Shown here in pieces: positions 50,085 to 63,479 of a stretch of 64,000 nt of DNA. Position numbers and translations under genes: made by a program. The stretch lies in NCBI RefSeq assembly GCF_016432865.1, contig NC_067401.1, positions 190,278,001-190,342,000 on the forward strand, in the 5' to 3' direction. How positions within the stretch are numbered: position 1 is the stretch's first letter; every line of letters begins with the position of its first letter. This DNA comes from Antechinus flavipes (Eukaryota). The notes under the pieces are model-generated. The model made no database searches. It was not told where the DNA came from and saw nothing but the letters and a program-made list of their open reading frames with translations.

Positions 50085-53000
50085 ATGGAGAAAACATCGT
50101 GTTCCTGGTTCTGTGTCCTTCCCTTGTTCCTAAGTACGGGTAAGTTATTTGCCTTATCTCTCATTGGATTGCTGTTGCAGCAGAGTAGCTGAAGTATCTT
50201 GCCTTTCAAATCCTTTTAGTGTTCTTCCTGGATCCTGATGTCTCTTCAACTTACTAGTTCTGTCACTTTGGAAACATATATACAGAGAGAAAAAGAGAGA
50301 CAGACAGACAGAAAGACAGAGAGAGAGGAGGAGGAGAAACATTTATATGTGTGTGTTTTCTGGATGCCAGTTTTCTTAGTTCTAAGATGAGGGGATTTGA
50401 AAATCCTATGATCCTTTCTCTCTAGGTGTGATCTCAGCACCATCTGAATCTTCTACTGCCCAACCATGTCCTTTGGAGGGAATAGAGATCTCAGGGGGCT
50501 CTTTTCAACTCCTCAAGAATGGGCAGTTCCTGGAATATGTGTGCCCATCTGGCTACTATCCATATCCTGTGAAGATACGTCAGTGCAAGCCATGGGGATC
50601 CTGGAGTACCCTTCAGACTCCAAATAAGAAGATAGTTAAAAAAGCTGAGTGCAAAGGTGAGGAGAGCTTGGGTGATGAGTGAGAGGGCTAGGGGTTAGGG
50701 TTAGGGTTGGGAGTAAAGTTAGGGCTGAGTTTAGGACTGAGGTTAGATTGAAGCTTAAAAGTTTGGGTAAAGTTTGGTGACATTAGGTTTAAGTTGAGGC
50801 TTGCCAATAGCTTGGTATTATTGCTTAGGATGTTTGCTTGAGATTGGTTCTGGACTACAGTCAGGTTCCATTTGAGTACCAATTTAGGGAAAGGCTAGGG
50901 CATATGCTTTGATTAAATAGGACACAGAGTTAGGTTAGAAAACTGGAGATAGCATGCTTTGGAATCCTAATAGCAATCCTGATCTTACCCCAAATAGTAA
51001 GCCCACTTTTAACCTCAGAGCACAAGATATCTTAAATAGACCTGGGTTAAATTCTGCCTCTAAAACTAGTTGTATGAGCTTGGGCAAAATCATTTTCTTC
51101 AACTATAAAACTGAATACTTGGTATTACTTATATCAGAGTTTTTGTGAGGAAAATTCTTTGCAAACCTTAGATTGCTATGTAGAGAGGAATTATCATGGT
51201 TTATTTCTCTTTTTAAGCTACTATAATAATAATTGAGGATCAGAATTGAATTAAGATTGAAGGAGGATTGTAGACATGTTTAGAGAATAAGATGATTCTA
51301 TTCTTGAGATAAGGTCTGCAATAGCAAAGGGATCCCATCTGAGAATCTCTCCCCCTTCTACTCCCTACTGGCTTCTTCCCTTCTCTCCTTCTGCTCCTGA
51401 AGTAATCCAGTGCCCAGGCCCCGAAGACTTTGAAAATGGTGATTTCTGGCCTCGAAAACACTTCTACAACATAAGCGAACAGATTTTTTTCCAATGCTAT
51501 GATGGGTATACTTTACATGGTTCTGCCAATCGTATCTGCCAACCATCTGGCCACTGGGATGGCTTTACAGCTATCTGTGATGATGGTGGTGAGTTCTCCC
51601 TTCCACAAAACTCTTCATCTTAGTTCCCTAGTTCTTTTGGTGATAGGATGGATCCCTGTCCCAAACATCATGTGGGCTCAGCCTTGTTTCCCATGTCACA
51701 GACTTGAGACCTTAATCTCCTTGAATTTCTGCAGCGGGGCACTGCCGAGATCCTGGCATCCCCATTGGTACAAGGAAGGCAGGCAGACAATACCGAATGG
51801 AAGATAGTGTAACCTACCACTGTGGCCAAGGGCTCACCTTACGGGGTTCCCAGAAGCGTACCTGCATGGAAGATGGATCCTGGAGTGGCACAGAGCCCTC
51901 TTGCCAAGGTGCTTCCTAAACCCTGTCTCATCTAACATTTACCCCGAATTTATTCAGACCCTATTATTTATAGCCCTGAACCATCTATAGCCACTCCTGC
52001 TCTTAATCCAAAATATACTGGTCTTAATCCTCTGTCTGATTTTTTTCCTCCCCTTCTAAGCCCTTCCTAGGACAATTTCTCTTCTACAATTTCACCTGCT
52101 TCCTCTATTCCTAGAATATAGTCACTTCCTCATTCACCATTTTTTACCTTAAAGACTCCTTCATGTATGATACCTCAGAGGAGGTGTTTGCTGCCTTCAT
52201 ATCCTCCCTGACAGAGACCATTGAAGGGGCTGATGCAGAAAATGGACATAACCCAGGTAAGTGTTGTGTGTTGTGTGTGTGTGTGTGTATAACAGGAACT
52301 GGGCTGGGGGCAGTTTTTGGGATCCAAGGAGAGCATGTGAACCTAGGGACAAGGGGAGGTGGGACATACTGGGGTAGTGGTTTTCAAGCATTTTTGTTTT
52401 CCTCCCAGGAGAGCAGCAGAAGCGGAAGATTGTCTTAGACCCCTCAGGATCTATGAATATGTATCTAGTGCTAGATGCATCAGATAGCATTGGCAAGAAC
52501 AACTTTACAGGAGCCAAAAAGTGTTTTACCAGTCTCATTGAAAAGGTGATGACTAGTAGCCTGCTCCTCCTTGGGTAGCCCATGACTAATCCTAAATCAA
52601 CAAACATTTACTAAGCATTAAGAAATCTTTGTAACAGGAGAGAAATTTTGGATAAGGCTCAGTTCCTGCCATCATGGAGCTTAGTTTCCTGGTGGGAGAG
52701 ATGGTTTTAATAACAACGTGAAACAGTGCATTAAAAGAGGCCCAAAACAAAGTATTGTGTGTAGTCAGACAGGGAAGATTCTTCTTGATTTATATTGATG
52801 AGGAAAGGGTTCATAGAAGAAGTGGCAACAAAACTGGACTTTTAAAGAATAGAAGTGTTCTCAACCTGCCCATACCTTTTTTCTCTCCCCTCATTCCATC
52901 ATGCCACCTATTCCTAGATTCTCCCAAATTCTGCTGGCTTTAAGACCTCCTGTTCCTGAATCACCATGGGTGCTCCACATCCTGGCTAACCCACCCAGTA

Positions 53001-56000
53001 GATTTCTCTTCCTATCACTTTTGAGCCATCCCAGCATCTTCTTTCTTTTGCTAGGTGGCAAGTTATGGGGTGAAGCCACGATATGCAGTGGTGACCTATG
53101 CCACGGAGGCCAAAGCGGTGGTCAAATTATCAGATGAGCAAAGCAGTGATGCAGACTGGGTCACCCAACAGCTGGAAAAGATCCAATATACAGGTCTACT
53201 CAGTAGAACCTTGGGGGTTGGAGATGTTCCTATGGGGGCTCAGAAGAAATTAGCAACCATTACAGTGAGATCAGGAAGTCATATATGTAAATGGTTGGGT
53301 AGAGGGCATGGGGAAGAGACAGGCTATCAGGTAGGGGAGAAGGAGAGGATATTTAAAGATGTCAAGAGGTTGACCAGAGGGTTGAGGGGAGGGGATAATG
53401 ACCTTGTTCCTCCCTGCAGACCACCAGTTGAAGTCAGGAACAAACACAAAACGGGCGTTGATGTTGCTGTATGAGATGATGATCCTACAAGAATCCAAAA
53501 ATGACATTAACTGGAATAAAACACGTCATGTGATCGTGCTTATGACTGATGGTTAGAGGAAACTTCTCCATGGAAGTCTCCAGCCCTTCCATTTTTCTTA
53601 AACCTTAGATTCTGTGGACCCTCAGGTTATGTGACCCTCCAGCCCTCCTGAGTAATTCCCCAACTCTTTGGCCACTTTCCAATCCCCTCTGAATGATTCC
53701 TTTTGGCTTTATGACCACCCCTGGACTTTTACTTCTCTTACCAATTAAAGAAGTCTAAAAGGACTCGTCTCCCAATGCTGCCATTTCTCTTTCCGTCAGC
53801 TCTTGATGGAAATCTTAGCTGGCACATCTGAGTCTGCCTTGTGACTATTTTGAGAACACAATCCCCATTTTCTTCAATATATGCAGGAAATTACAACATG
53901 GGAGGAGACCCTGTGGCAGCTATTGAGCAAATCCGAGAGTTTCTGGATATTGGAAAGAACCGTAAAAACCCAAGAGAAAATTATCTGGGTAAGTAGTTAG
54001 GCTTCTTTGAACAGTTAAAGACCCTGATGTCTAAACAGATTTTGCTCCTTTCAGAGATTCAGGAGGTTCTCAAACTTTGCTTTCATTCTTAGATGTCTAT
54101 GTATTTGGGATTGGGCCTTTGGTGGACCAGGAGAAGATCAATGCTTTGGCTTCAAAAAAGGATGGGGAAAGGCATGTGTTCAAGGTTAAGGACATGGAAG
54201 ACCTGGAGCATGTCTTCTCCTTGATGATTGGTAGGAGCCTGGAAGAGGGTGGTACTACACAATGATGTTAAGAATCTCAGGATCACTATACTTTCCAGCA
54301 CCTCTATTTAATTCCAGAGATTCTGATGTCTAATCTCCTTTTATCCTAATGAAACCAAATTTTCCTTCTGTTGCAATTGTTCATTCTCTTTCCAGTCCCT
54401 ATAACAGAATAGGACATTAACATCCTTACCAGCATGAATTCATCTTCATCCAGGGAGCTAGTAGGCAACAATTCCCTAGTTTTCTTTCTCCCTTAGATGA
54501 AAGCAACACTCTGGGTCTGTGTGGAATAGCATGGGGACATCAGAAAGGTGGAAAATATGAAAGACAACCCTGGCATGTTGCCATTAATGTCATTGTGAGT
54601 GCTTGAGGATGGATTGGAGAAGTGGGGGAAACATGAACAGGTTATTAAGGCATATTTATAGCTAAGGGATATGACACCTCTCTTCTATCCCACCCAATTT
54701 TGTTTACAGCGGCCTTCTGCAGGAAAGGAGACATGTAAGGGGGCTGTTGTGTCAGAATACTTTGTGCTAACGGCTGCTCACTGTTTCAATGTGGATGACC
54801 AAGCCCATTCCATTAAGGTCGATGCAGGTAGGGCAGTTCTGGTTCCCTAAGACTCTAGTTTTTAATTTTCCTCATTCTAACTTCTCAATAAAATATTTCT
54901 GACCATGGGAATTTCCTAATCACTTTTATACCCACCTGAATACCACCTCCCCATTCCTCACCCACTTCTGTTACTCTTGATCAGAGATTGGAAAAGTCAG
55001 GACAGAATTGTAAACTAGGGCCAAAGCAGCAGTTCTGAGATAACTTCCTGTTTGCTATTTCCTCTTCATTCCAGGTGGTATACAGAACAGGCAGGTGGAT
55101 GCTGTCTATTTCCATCCCAATTATGACATCAATAAGAAAAAAGCTGAAGGAATTCCTGAATTCTATGACTATGACATTGCCCTTGTCAAGCTCAAGAAGA
55201 AGTTCATATTCTCAAAAGACCTCAGGTCAGAATCCTTGGGTCAAGAACAAGAATGGGCATTGATGGCTAGTGCCTACAGTGGAGCACTGGTCCTGAATAG
55301 CATGATAGTCACTTGACTCAGGCTCTCTCTCTCCTCCACAGACCCATCTGTCTTCCCTGCACAGAGGCAACAAACCGTGCTTTAAGGCTTCCATTGTCAA
55401 CCACATGTCAACAACAGGGTGAGATAAAAAAGGCTAAATAAGGCATCAAAAGATGAAAGGGGCCAACAGATGGATGTGTAACAGAGAAGATTTGAGGTTT
55501 TTTTTTTCATCACCAGAAAAAGAGCTGCTCCCTGAGAAGAATGTCAAAGCCCTGTTTGTGTTTGAAGACAAGAATAACCTGTTACAAAAAGAAGTTTACA
55601 TAAAGAATGGAGAGATGGTGAGGAGGAGGTGGGAGAAAACCCTGCAGGAGAATCCTTAAATTTCTTCTCCCACAAAACCTATCTCCTTTTATTGTGGCCC
55701 ACACAGAAAGCCAGTTGTGAGGGAGATGCCCGAAAGGCCCAAGGCTATGAGAAGATTAAGCAGGTCTCTGATGTGGTAACTCCCCGATTTCTCTGCACTG
55801 GGGGAAACCAACCTTATGCTGACCCCAACACTTGTAAAGGCAAGAAAACTTCCTCTTCCAGCACCTTTTTCTCCAAAATGTGATCATTTTCTATAAGCTT
55901 ATAATTTGCCCCTTTCTCCCTACAGGAGATTCTGGTGGTCCACTTATTATTCACAAGAAAAGTCGATTCATTCAAGTAAGTCTTTCTTTTCTGTTCCACC

Positions 56001-56304
56001 TTAAGAGGCAAAGTGGCCTCCTGAGTCTACAAATTAGCATAGTGGCTCAGTTCTAGTGGGTAAGAAAGATTCTGCGAAGGTTCTGCAAAATCTTCTTGAA
56101 ATTTCCAATGGGTGGCCAAATGGTCAACATATCCTTCCCCTAACTTTTCCCTAGGTGGGTGTGATTAGCTGGGGTGTAGAAGATGTCTGCAAGCATCCCA
56201 ACAGAATCCCTCCCCCTCATGCTCGTGACTTCCACATCAACCTCTTCCAAGTATTGCCTTGGCTTCAGGAGAAACTGAAGGACGAGGATCTAGGATTCTT
56301 GTGA
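50085..56304 (+). CDS. CFB: Complement factor B, 18 exons, 757 aa
   Basis: Exons: 50085-50139, 50426-50656, 51403-51588, 51735-51908, 52155-52256, 52409-52545, 53055-53193, 53420-53551, 53887-53988, 54093-54230, 54497-54594, 54710-54827, 55075-55225, 55342-55418, 55517-55617, 55707-55839, 55926-55975, 56155-56304; total 2274 nt. Factor D site QQKR|KIVL, MIDAS DASDS, TAAHC, YDIAL, GDSGG. The intron 16 donor is GC. Confidence 0.97.
50685..51016. repeat. Degenerate interstitial telomeric-type (TTAGGG)n repeats in CFB intron 2
   Basis: GGGCTAGGGGTTAGGGTTAGGGTTGGG followed by decaying hexamers; an opposite-strand AACCCT-like phase at 50963-51016. Confidence 0.7.
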
Positions 56305-56328
56305 AAGATTTTCAACATGTCTGTGAAA

Positions 56329-56342
56329 ATTAAAAAATTAAA
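56329..56342 (+). terminator. Probable CFB polyadenylation signals (two ATTAAA)
   Basis: ATTAAA at 56329 and 56337, about 25 bp after the CFB stop. CFB and NELFE are tail-to-tail with 226 bp between stop codons. Confidence 0.6.
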
Positions 56343-56530
56343 ACAAGGAGCTACAATCATTCTTGTGTATGATCTCTTTGTGTATAGGGCTGAAAAATTC
56401 TTGACAGCCAAAGAAATTCAGAAACTAAGAAGGTTAACTGAATATCCACTTCAGTGGGTTTTTACTAAAACCTGGAGGGGAGGAGGGGAGAAAGGGAAGG
56501 AGGGATTTCTTCCCTCCCTCTTTCAGCTGC

Positions 56531-59500
56531 CTAGAACCCATCCACAAGGTTTTCTTTATAGACATCATCATTGTAGACAATCTGGGTCCTCTTGTCCCGA
56601 TGACAGCCTTTAGGGCTGCTTTGTACAGCTAGAGAGAAAGAAGAGAATATGTCAAAAATATTAATTAAAAAAAACCAAAAAACAAACCTAGTCAGAACTC
56701 ATCCTTAGTTTGAAGCAATGTTGGTCTTCAGTTCTTTTTTTTCCTCTTTGGAATCTGCAACTTCACACAGACTTCTGGGAATGTAAGCCCTTCTACATTA
56801 ATCTACTCTGGACTGCCTTCCTGCCATTCTCAAGCCCATGAGTGGCCAACTCAGGTTCTGGAAGCCTCAAGTTCTGAGTGAAGCTCTTGAAACTTAAGTG
56901 AAGGAAAGAAGTGGAAAAAACTGCCATTTTGAATTATATTGTAAAAGCAATTTGTGTCTACAATGATTTTAGAAAGTAAAGACAGTGTTAACAAATACTT
57001 AACTTCTATCAGTACAACAATAGGGTTATTAAAATTCTGAAAGGAAGTTGCATTCTTTTGTCAATGACATTGATGAATTTTCCTTCTTACCTTTGATAAA
57101 TTTGGTTGATATTCCCCTCTCTTTCCTTTCCTCTCTCCCTCACCATGAAAAAATTTCCTATTATTTAGCTATAAAGTTGGGAAATTGATTAATTTATTCA
57201 TCTTAAAGTGATAGAGGCAGATGCAGCAGCAATATAAACAAATCTCTTCCAAGGTAATAAGTCAATTTATTTCAAAATATTCTTAAAGTTCTTAACCTTT
57301 TCTAAACACATTCTGAGAACAATTTGACATACTATCCTTACTTTTGTGTACTACCGCTTCCTTCCTTTAGAATACAGAGGGAGAAAAATCCCTTCTCCTA
57401 AAGTTACTTCCTTTCAGCCAATGCCCTAAAGATAACAGTTCTTCCCAACTCCTGGGAAACTGCATTCTCATATATCCTCCTTCGAATCTCTTTAATTCTT
57501 CCTCCACTTTCAAATATGCTTATTTACCTACATTCTGAAAAAACAAAACAAGAAACAAACCTCCAGGCCCTTTGTTTGATGCTGGCTTAATTCTTTAATT
57601 AATATCTTGTTCCTTTCCTTTTCAATGCTAAGTCTTTCAATTGATTGGTTTCCAACTAAGTAAGTACTGACACTTCCTTACTATTCATTCTCTTCCCTAT
57701 GACAGCTGACTTTTACTCACCAGTTCATGAAAATTGCTCCCTCAAAGTTCACCAACAAATGCATGAAGAGTACTAGAGTAGGAGTGAGATAATGTTGGTT
57801 CTGCTATGTAATTTGGGGCAAATCATTTGACCTCTTAGGACCTCATTTTCCCCATCTGTAAAATGAGGATGTTGGCCTAGATCATCTCTAAATCCTATGA
57901 CTATGATTTAATGATATACTATAAACTAGGACAGTTACTATAAACTGGTCTTTTCCTAGTTTTCACTTTCTGGGGCAAAGTGACACTCTAGATTATACTC
58001 TCCCTTCCCAACTTCCTGAAACTTGACTTTCATGACTATCTCTGGCTATCTCTCTCTTTTCTATTCCCCTCCCTCTCCTACATTTTGGGAGGAAATGAAG
58101 GGGAAAAATGACTAGATAATCCTCAAGGCTCAGTTCCTGATTTTTTGCTCATCTCTATAGCTTTACTGATGAATTGATCTCTCATAACTTCAATTATTTT
58201 CTATGTTACAATTATTTTTTATGTAACTTTCATCCACATCCTTAACATCTGAGTTCCAGGCTCCTATATACATAGAGGGCATTTAACATCTGAAAGTCCT
58301 GCTATCACCTCAAAAATCAACATATCTAAAATGTAACATCTACTTCTCTAACAAAATAGCCTCCTGAATCCAACTTTCCTATTTTTCCAAGTTATTTAGG
58401 CTAGAATTTTCCCTATGAATAGACACTTCCTTCTCTGACAGCCCCCAATCCCCGCTTCACACTTCTATGTCCAACTCAATTTTGTTAATTCTTTCCAAAA
58501 ATCTTGAGTTCATCTTCTTTCCTTTCCCTCTCCATGACTACTAACCTTGTCCTGGCCCTTATCTCATTCTAGTGAATCTACAGTTATGCAGAAAAGGAAG
58601 ATGAAGTGGTGGATTACTGTGGAGTTGAGCTGGAAATGTATTCTTACCAAGGGAGCCCCAGACAGAATTGCCGGTGGCAGCATCTAGCATAGGCTGCTTA
58701 CGAGCGATGCTAACCTTGAGTTGCACAGATTCTACCTTGGTCCCATTGAGCTGTGAGTGGAGAGACCAGTAGTGGTAGAAAGTTAAGAACAAATTAGAGA
58801 GGATCTATTTGCATCAGATACATTCTATGAACATAATGTAGGGAATTAAGATTGAGAATGAGGAAGAGACTATGATGTTGGGAAGGTACTCACAATTTAC
58901 ACTCTCCCATGCCCAATATTTTATGGGGGAAATAACAGGAAGAGGAGAAGGGACAAAGGGAATCTATTTAAGAATTCTGACCTCGGCTATTGCCTGATCC
59001 GCTGATTCCATCTTCTCATACGTGACAAAGGCACAGCTGGGTGAGGATGGAAAACAGCATCATTCCTAGGGCCCACATCTTTTTTGGCCACTTCCTCCCC
59101 CTATTTCTTCTACCAAGCCCAATATAAGTTTCCCCTCCCTACACCCTTCCAATCTTCTGTCTCTGCTTTGGCCCATGAGAACTTTTACTCCCTTATATTT
59201 TTTCCTAGGAGCAAAAATAGCTTACTGAGCCTCTCCTTTTACCTTCCTCTTCCAAACCCTCCTTACTTTCGGGGTGGGTCCATGGAGAGGTCAATGATGT
59301 TCCCAAAGGGTGAGAAGGCTTCACGAAGGAGAGTGGGTGTCATATCTGTTCCAGATACATACAATGTGTTTCCCTTACGTGGACCTCGATACTCAGGAAA
59401 TGAATCAGACCCTGTAAGGCCAGAGATCATATTTAGGATCAGGGATTATAATCCAATCAATCTTTAACTGGAAAGGTCATTGTAGACCCTACTCAAATAT

Positions 59501-62500
59501 TCTCAGAAACTTCCTATCCCCTAAACTCATGTCATTTACTTCGGAAAGGGCCCTCTCGTTCACGGTCTCGGTCCTTGTCCCTGTCCCGGTCTCGGTCTCT
59601 ATCCCGGTCTCGGTCCCTGTCCCGGTCTCGATCACGTTCTCTGTCCCGGTCCCGATCCTTGTCCCGATCACGATCTCTGTCTCGATCTCGATCCCGGTCT
59701 CTATCCCTATCCCGATCCCGGTTCCTCTCATGGCTGCAATCTCGACTTCGGCTTCGGGGTGGGGAGACAGAAGAGGGGGGACCACTTCGTTCCTCATAAC
59801 CCCAATCAAAGCTTCGGGGAGGGCCATCTCCACTCCCTGGACCTTCTGATTCTTCCCCATCTGGTCCTAGCTCCCGAAGTCGATCACTGGATGACACAAA
59901 GCTGTAAAAGTATACAAAAATATTATAAGGTCCTTTTACCCCATTCCCTCCTTCTGAAGTATGTGTATCCTCCCCTTTCAAATCCTGGTTCCTTCCAGTC
60001 CAAGCATGGCTCCAGGAACCCTATTCCATCTCTAACCTCTCATATAGAGATTTCCTCTGGGGCCGTCTGGATGACTAGATGAAAGAAAACAAAGAATAAC
60101 ATGAAGAATAGCCAAGTTAATACCCAGAATCAGATACCCTGTTGCCTCATTCATTTTTCTTTCTCCTCTTACTTTGCCCAATATATTCCCACTACAACTA
60201 TCCCTTATCCCCTATGCTCCCCTTCCTTCCATTTCCCCACCTTGCCTCCAAATGCTTTTTTAAGCACAGGAAGTCTTGTAATTTCCACATTACCTCCTGC
60301 AAATCATCATCAGCTGAGATGCTTCGCTGAAATGGCTGAAAAGTAGGGGCTAGGCCCTTCTCTGGATCCTAAGGATAACAAAGTGGAATTAGGATGCTCT
60401 ATCCAATTGGCCAAAGCTTTCCCGCCTCTTTAAAAAAACAAAACAAAACTGATGATTCCCCTTTTCTTTTAGTTCCTCCCCAAACAGGGCATATGTGAAA
60501 AAGAAATGCCCCTATACATTTCTAATTTCCTCAGATAATTGACTAATCATTCATTAATATGCTCTGGGTTTTTGTGACAATATTGTCTTAGTTTTGCTCC
60601 TACATTATTACTACTATTTCTCAGTCTTCTTCACTCATTTATTATCCTTTATCATGTCCCTTAACTTTGGGTGTACTCCAAAGTATTGTCCTGTGTTCTC
60701 TTCTCTTATTCCTCCTACTCATTTGATGAGTTTTTTAGCTCCCAAATGACTTAATAATAATTTCTACGCTGATAATTTCAAGAACTATATTCAACATTTT
60801 TATTCCTCCAATCTTAAATCAATTGCTTATTGGAAATTTTGAACTATATGTCCTTTAGGTATATCCCATGCAACAAATCCAAAACAGAACTTATATATAT
60901 TTTCCCCAAAACCATCCTCCAAACTTTCTCATCTCTACTGAAGTCACCAATATTTTTGTCACCTATGTTCACAAACTGTAGCATTATCTTTGATTTCGTA
61001 CTCCACAAATACTAAATCTTGTCTATACCTCAACAAAATGTTTTGGGTAGTTTCCTTTTTACTCACATGACTATAGCCCTAGTTTTTAAAGCTGTCCTCA
61101 CCTATTGCCTAAATTACTGCAATAACCTCTTAAGTCTTTCTTTCTGAAGTCTTTCCCTTCTCCAATCTTTCCACATTAGAGCGATTTCCTAAAATGGAGG
61201 TATGACGATGTCATTTTCCATTTCAATAAATTAGCCATTGGATAATGGCTCCCTACTGCTTTTAGGACTAAATATAAAATCCTTCATTTGGCATTTAAAA
61301 TCTTTTATAACCAGGTCCCAACATAGCTTTCCATCTTTATATAATCATTCTGATTCCTACATTAGGAGGGCAACCCAGACTAACCTCCTTTACCCATCTT
61401 GGTGCTTTTTTTTCACTAGCTATTTCCTATGTATTGGTATCATCCCCTAATTTCCTCCTTAACTTATCTAAGAATTCCTTGTTTATTTCAAACCTCAGTT
61501 CAAGGACCACCTTTTTACATGAAACTTTTCTTGATCCACTCAAGCTGTCAGTCTTCCTCTGCCCCAAATTACTCTATACTTATAATATATACATACTATT
61601 TCCCCCAAGATTAAGGGCATTTGTGTTTTTGTATATCAATGCCTAACACTGGGCCTGATACCCAGTAAGCATTTAATGCTTTTTGATTAATGAAATTACC
61701 CAAACCTTTCTTGAGGATATTTTAAATTTGGCTTGTACCACCTCTCAGGTGTAGTTCCATGAATATAATATCTTTGATAGAAAGTAATTTTAAATCACAA
61801 GGGACCTTAAAAAAAAAAATCATCTGGTCTGATTTCCTTATGAGAAAACTGGGGCCCATAGAAAGTGAATTTCCTAAAGGTTTCTTCCTAAAATTGTTTT
61901 CTTCCATCCTCAAGAAAGCCCTCCTTTTCTCAATTCAATTCAAATGCTTATTGGGTATTTACTAGATAGACAAAGCTGTTCTAGTCCTTTAAGAAGATAT
62001 AAAAATGAATGAGATACCATCCCCATTCTAATGGCCCTCAGCATGGTAAATTAAGATTGGACTCACCTATTCTTTCTTTGATTCCACTTACCTTCAATTT
62101 CCCCTCCAGAGTCCGTGATCGCTTGAAGCCAGAATTTTTGGTTTCAGCTTTAATGGCACTAATGGCTCCTGATTTTACCAGCTGTTTAGCCTGCTCTGTT
62201 GCTGTGGCTGTGTCTACCACAGGTTGCTCTGATAGAGCTAATTAAGGAAAAACACAGAAAGTATTAAGTGGAAATAATAATCTTGTCTAACTTGTGGGAG
62301 AAGTCCTTTTAGGTCCCAATTCTTTTTTCCAGTATACTGCTGGAATTCCAACCAAAATCCATCTCCCCTCCTCCACTTCTCTCATCCCTTGTAATAACAG
62401 CACTTAACCCATTAATAACAGCACTTAACCCATTACTCACAGCGTTTGATGCCCCCCTGGCTGGCTGTGCTACTATTACTTTGCTTCTTAAGAGCCAATA

Positions 62501-62925
62501 ATGCTTTTTTCTAGAGAGGATAGGGAAATAAAAAAGAAAAAGGAGTTAATGGAGGCTTTTTCTCACTTTAAGATTTTATGATCTCTTATTTGGAGAATTT
62601 CTCATAAATTTCACTTAAAGTAATTTCTGATAAGAACTACTAAAATCACAATGTCTTGTGGTTGGGCAAGGTGACATAAGGTGATACTGGGTTCACAAGT
62701 CATACGTATACCAAGGGTGTTGTTGCTTATCAAGAGGTACCAAATTTAATGGTGGTGGGAAGATGGTTATTCTTACAGTAATGAGCCCAAGAAAAGAGTT
62801 TGGGATACAAGCCTATGCTTTTCTTCTGTTCACTCTGCTTGTTTGCTTACCTTTTTCTTGAGTTTGCTGAATTTCTTCTGCAAAGTTTCTTCCTCCTCAC
62901 TCAGTCCTGGGGGCAGCACCAACAT
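56531..62925 (-). CDS. NELFE: Negative elongation factor E (RD protein), 388 aa
   Basis: Minus-strand coding exons: 62925-62851, 62510-62441, 62237-62092, 60368-60294, 60074-60037, 59901-59540, 59411-59267, 59036-58982, 58750-58648, 56628-56531; total 1167 nt, all GT-AG. N-terminus MLVLPPGLSEEEETLQKKF, 28 (R/K)(D/E) dipeptides, RRM (GNTLYV...NCAFVTYEK), C-terminus KENLVDGF. Confidence 0.97.
59553..59720 (-). repeat. NELFE: NELFE RD dipeptide repeat (28 units)
   Basis: 168 nt of hexamer repeats within exon 7. Confidence 0.95.
60480..61700 (+). mobile_element. Ancient L2 fragments in NELFE intron 4
   Basis: L2-type 3' motifs (GGCTCCCTACTGC..TAAATATAAAATCCTTCATTTGGCATTTAAA). Similar fragments at 9110-9960 and 57480-58560. 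Confidence 0.55.
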
Positions 62926-63479
62926 GTCAGCTCCCAGTTCTGAGCCAGGTCTGGCTCTCCAGAGACGCAACTGGAAAGCAAAACAACATATCCAAGGGAA
63001 GTATCTTTTATCCATCGATGGATACCACAACCTTAGGGCCTATGGTATCTGAGACATATCCATTAACCATGGCCTGCTCTGTCCTCTCTTTGTGGCTTTC
63101 ATGCGTGCCATCCCTGGACTCCAAAGGAGAGAACCCTGGGACAGCCAAGTCATAGAGTCCCAAAACAAAGAACTTCGAAGGCCACCTGCTCTGACTCTCA
63201 TCTACTCTAGATGTGATGAAACAGATTCTCAAAAGAGAAGTGGCTTGTTTGAGGTGGCAAAGCCACAGGACTAGGACCCAAGTTATGTTTGAATTCCAGC
63301 ACAAAATCATTTTGGAGGAGGACGCTCTTCAGTTAGAATGTAAGCGATATGATGTTGCCCTAGAGATTTAAAAAAATCTCTTTTTTGCCTCCATCTTCCT
63401 CCCCCTATTCTTAGTTGGTAGGGCATTCTCAAGGCAAATCAACTTATTAAGAGCTTACTATGAGCCAGGAACTGTGTTA

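Noticed and set aside
59489-59860. Alternative-frame and antisense ORFs (ETET, VSVP, SRSR repeats)
   Set aside because: Shadows of the NELFE RD hexamer repeat.
62238-62440. Marsupial orthologue of the miR-1236 mirtron
   Set aside because: The intron is 203 nt and its ends show no evident complementarity.
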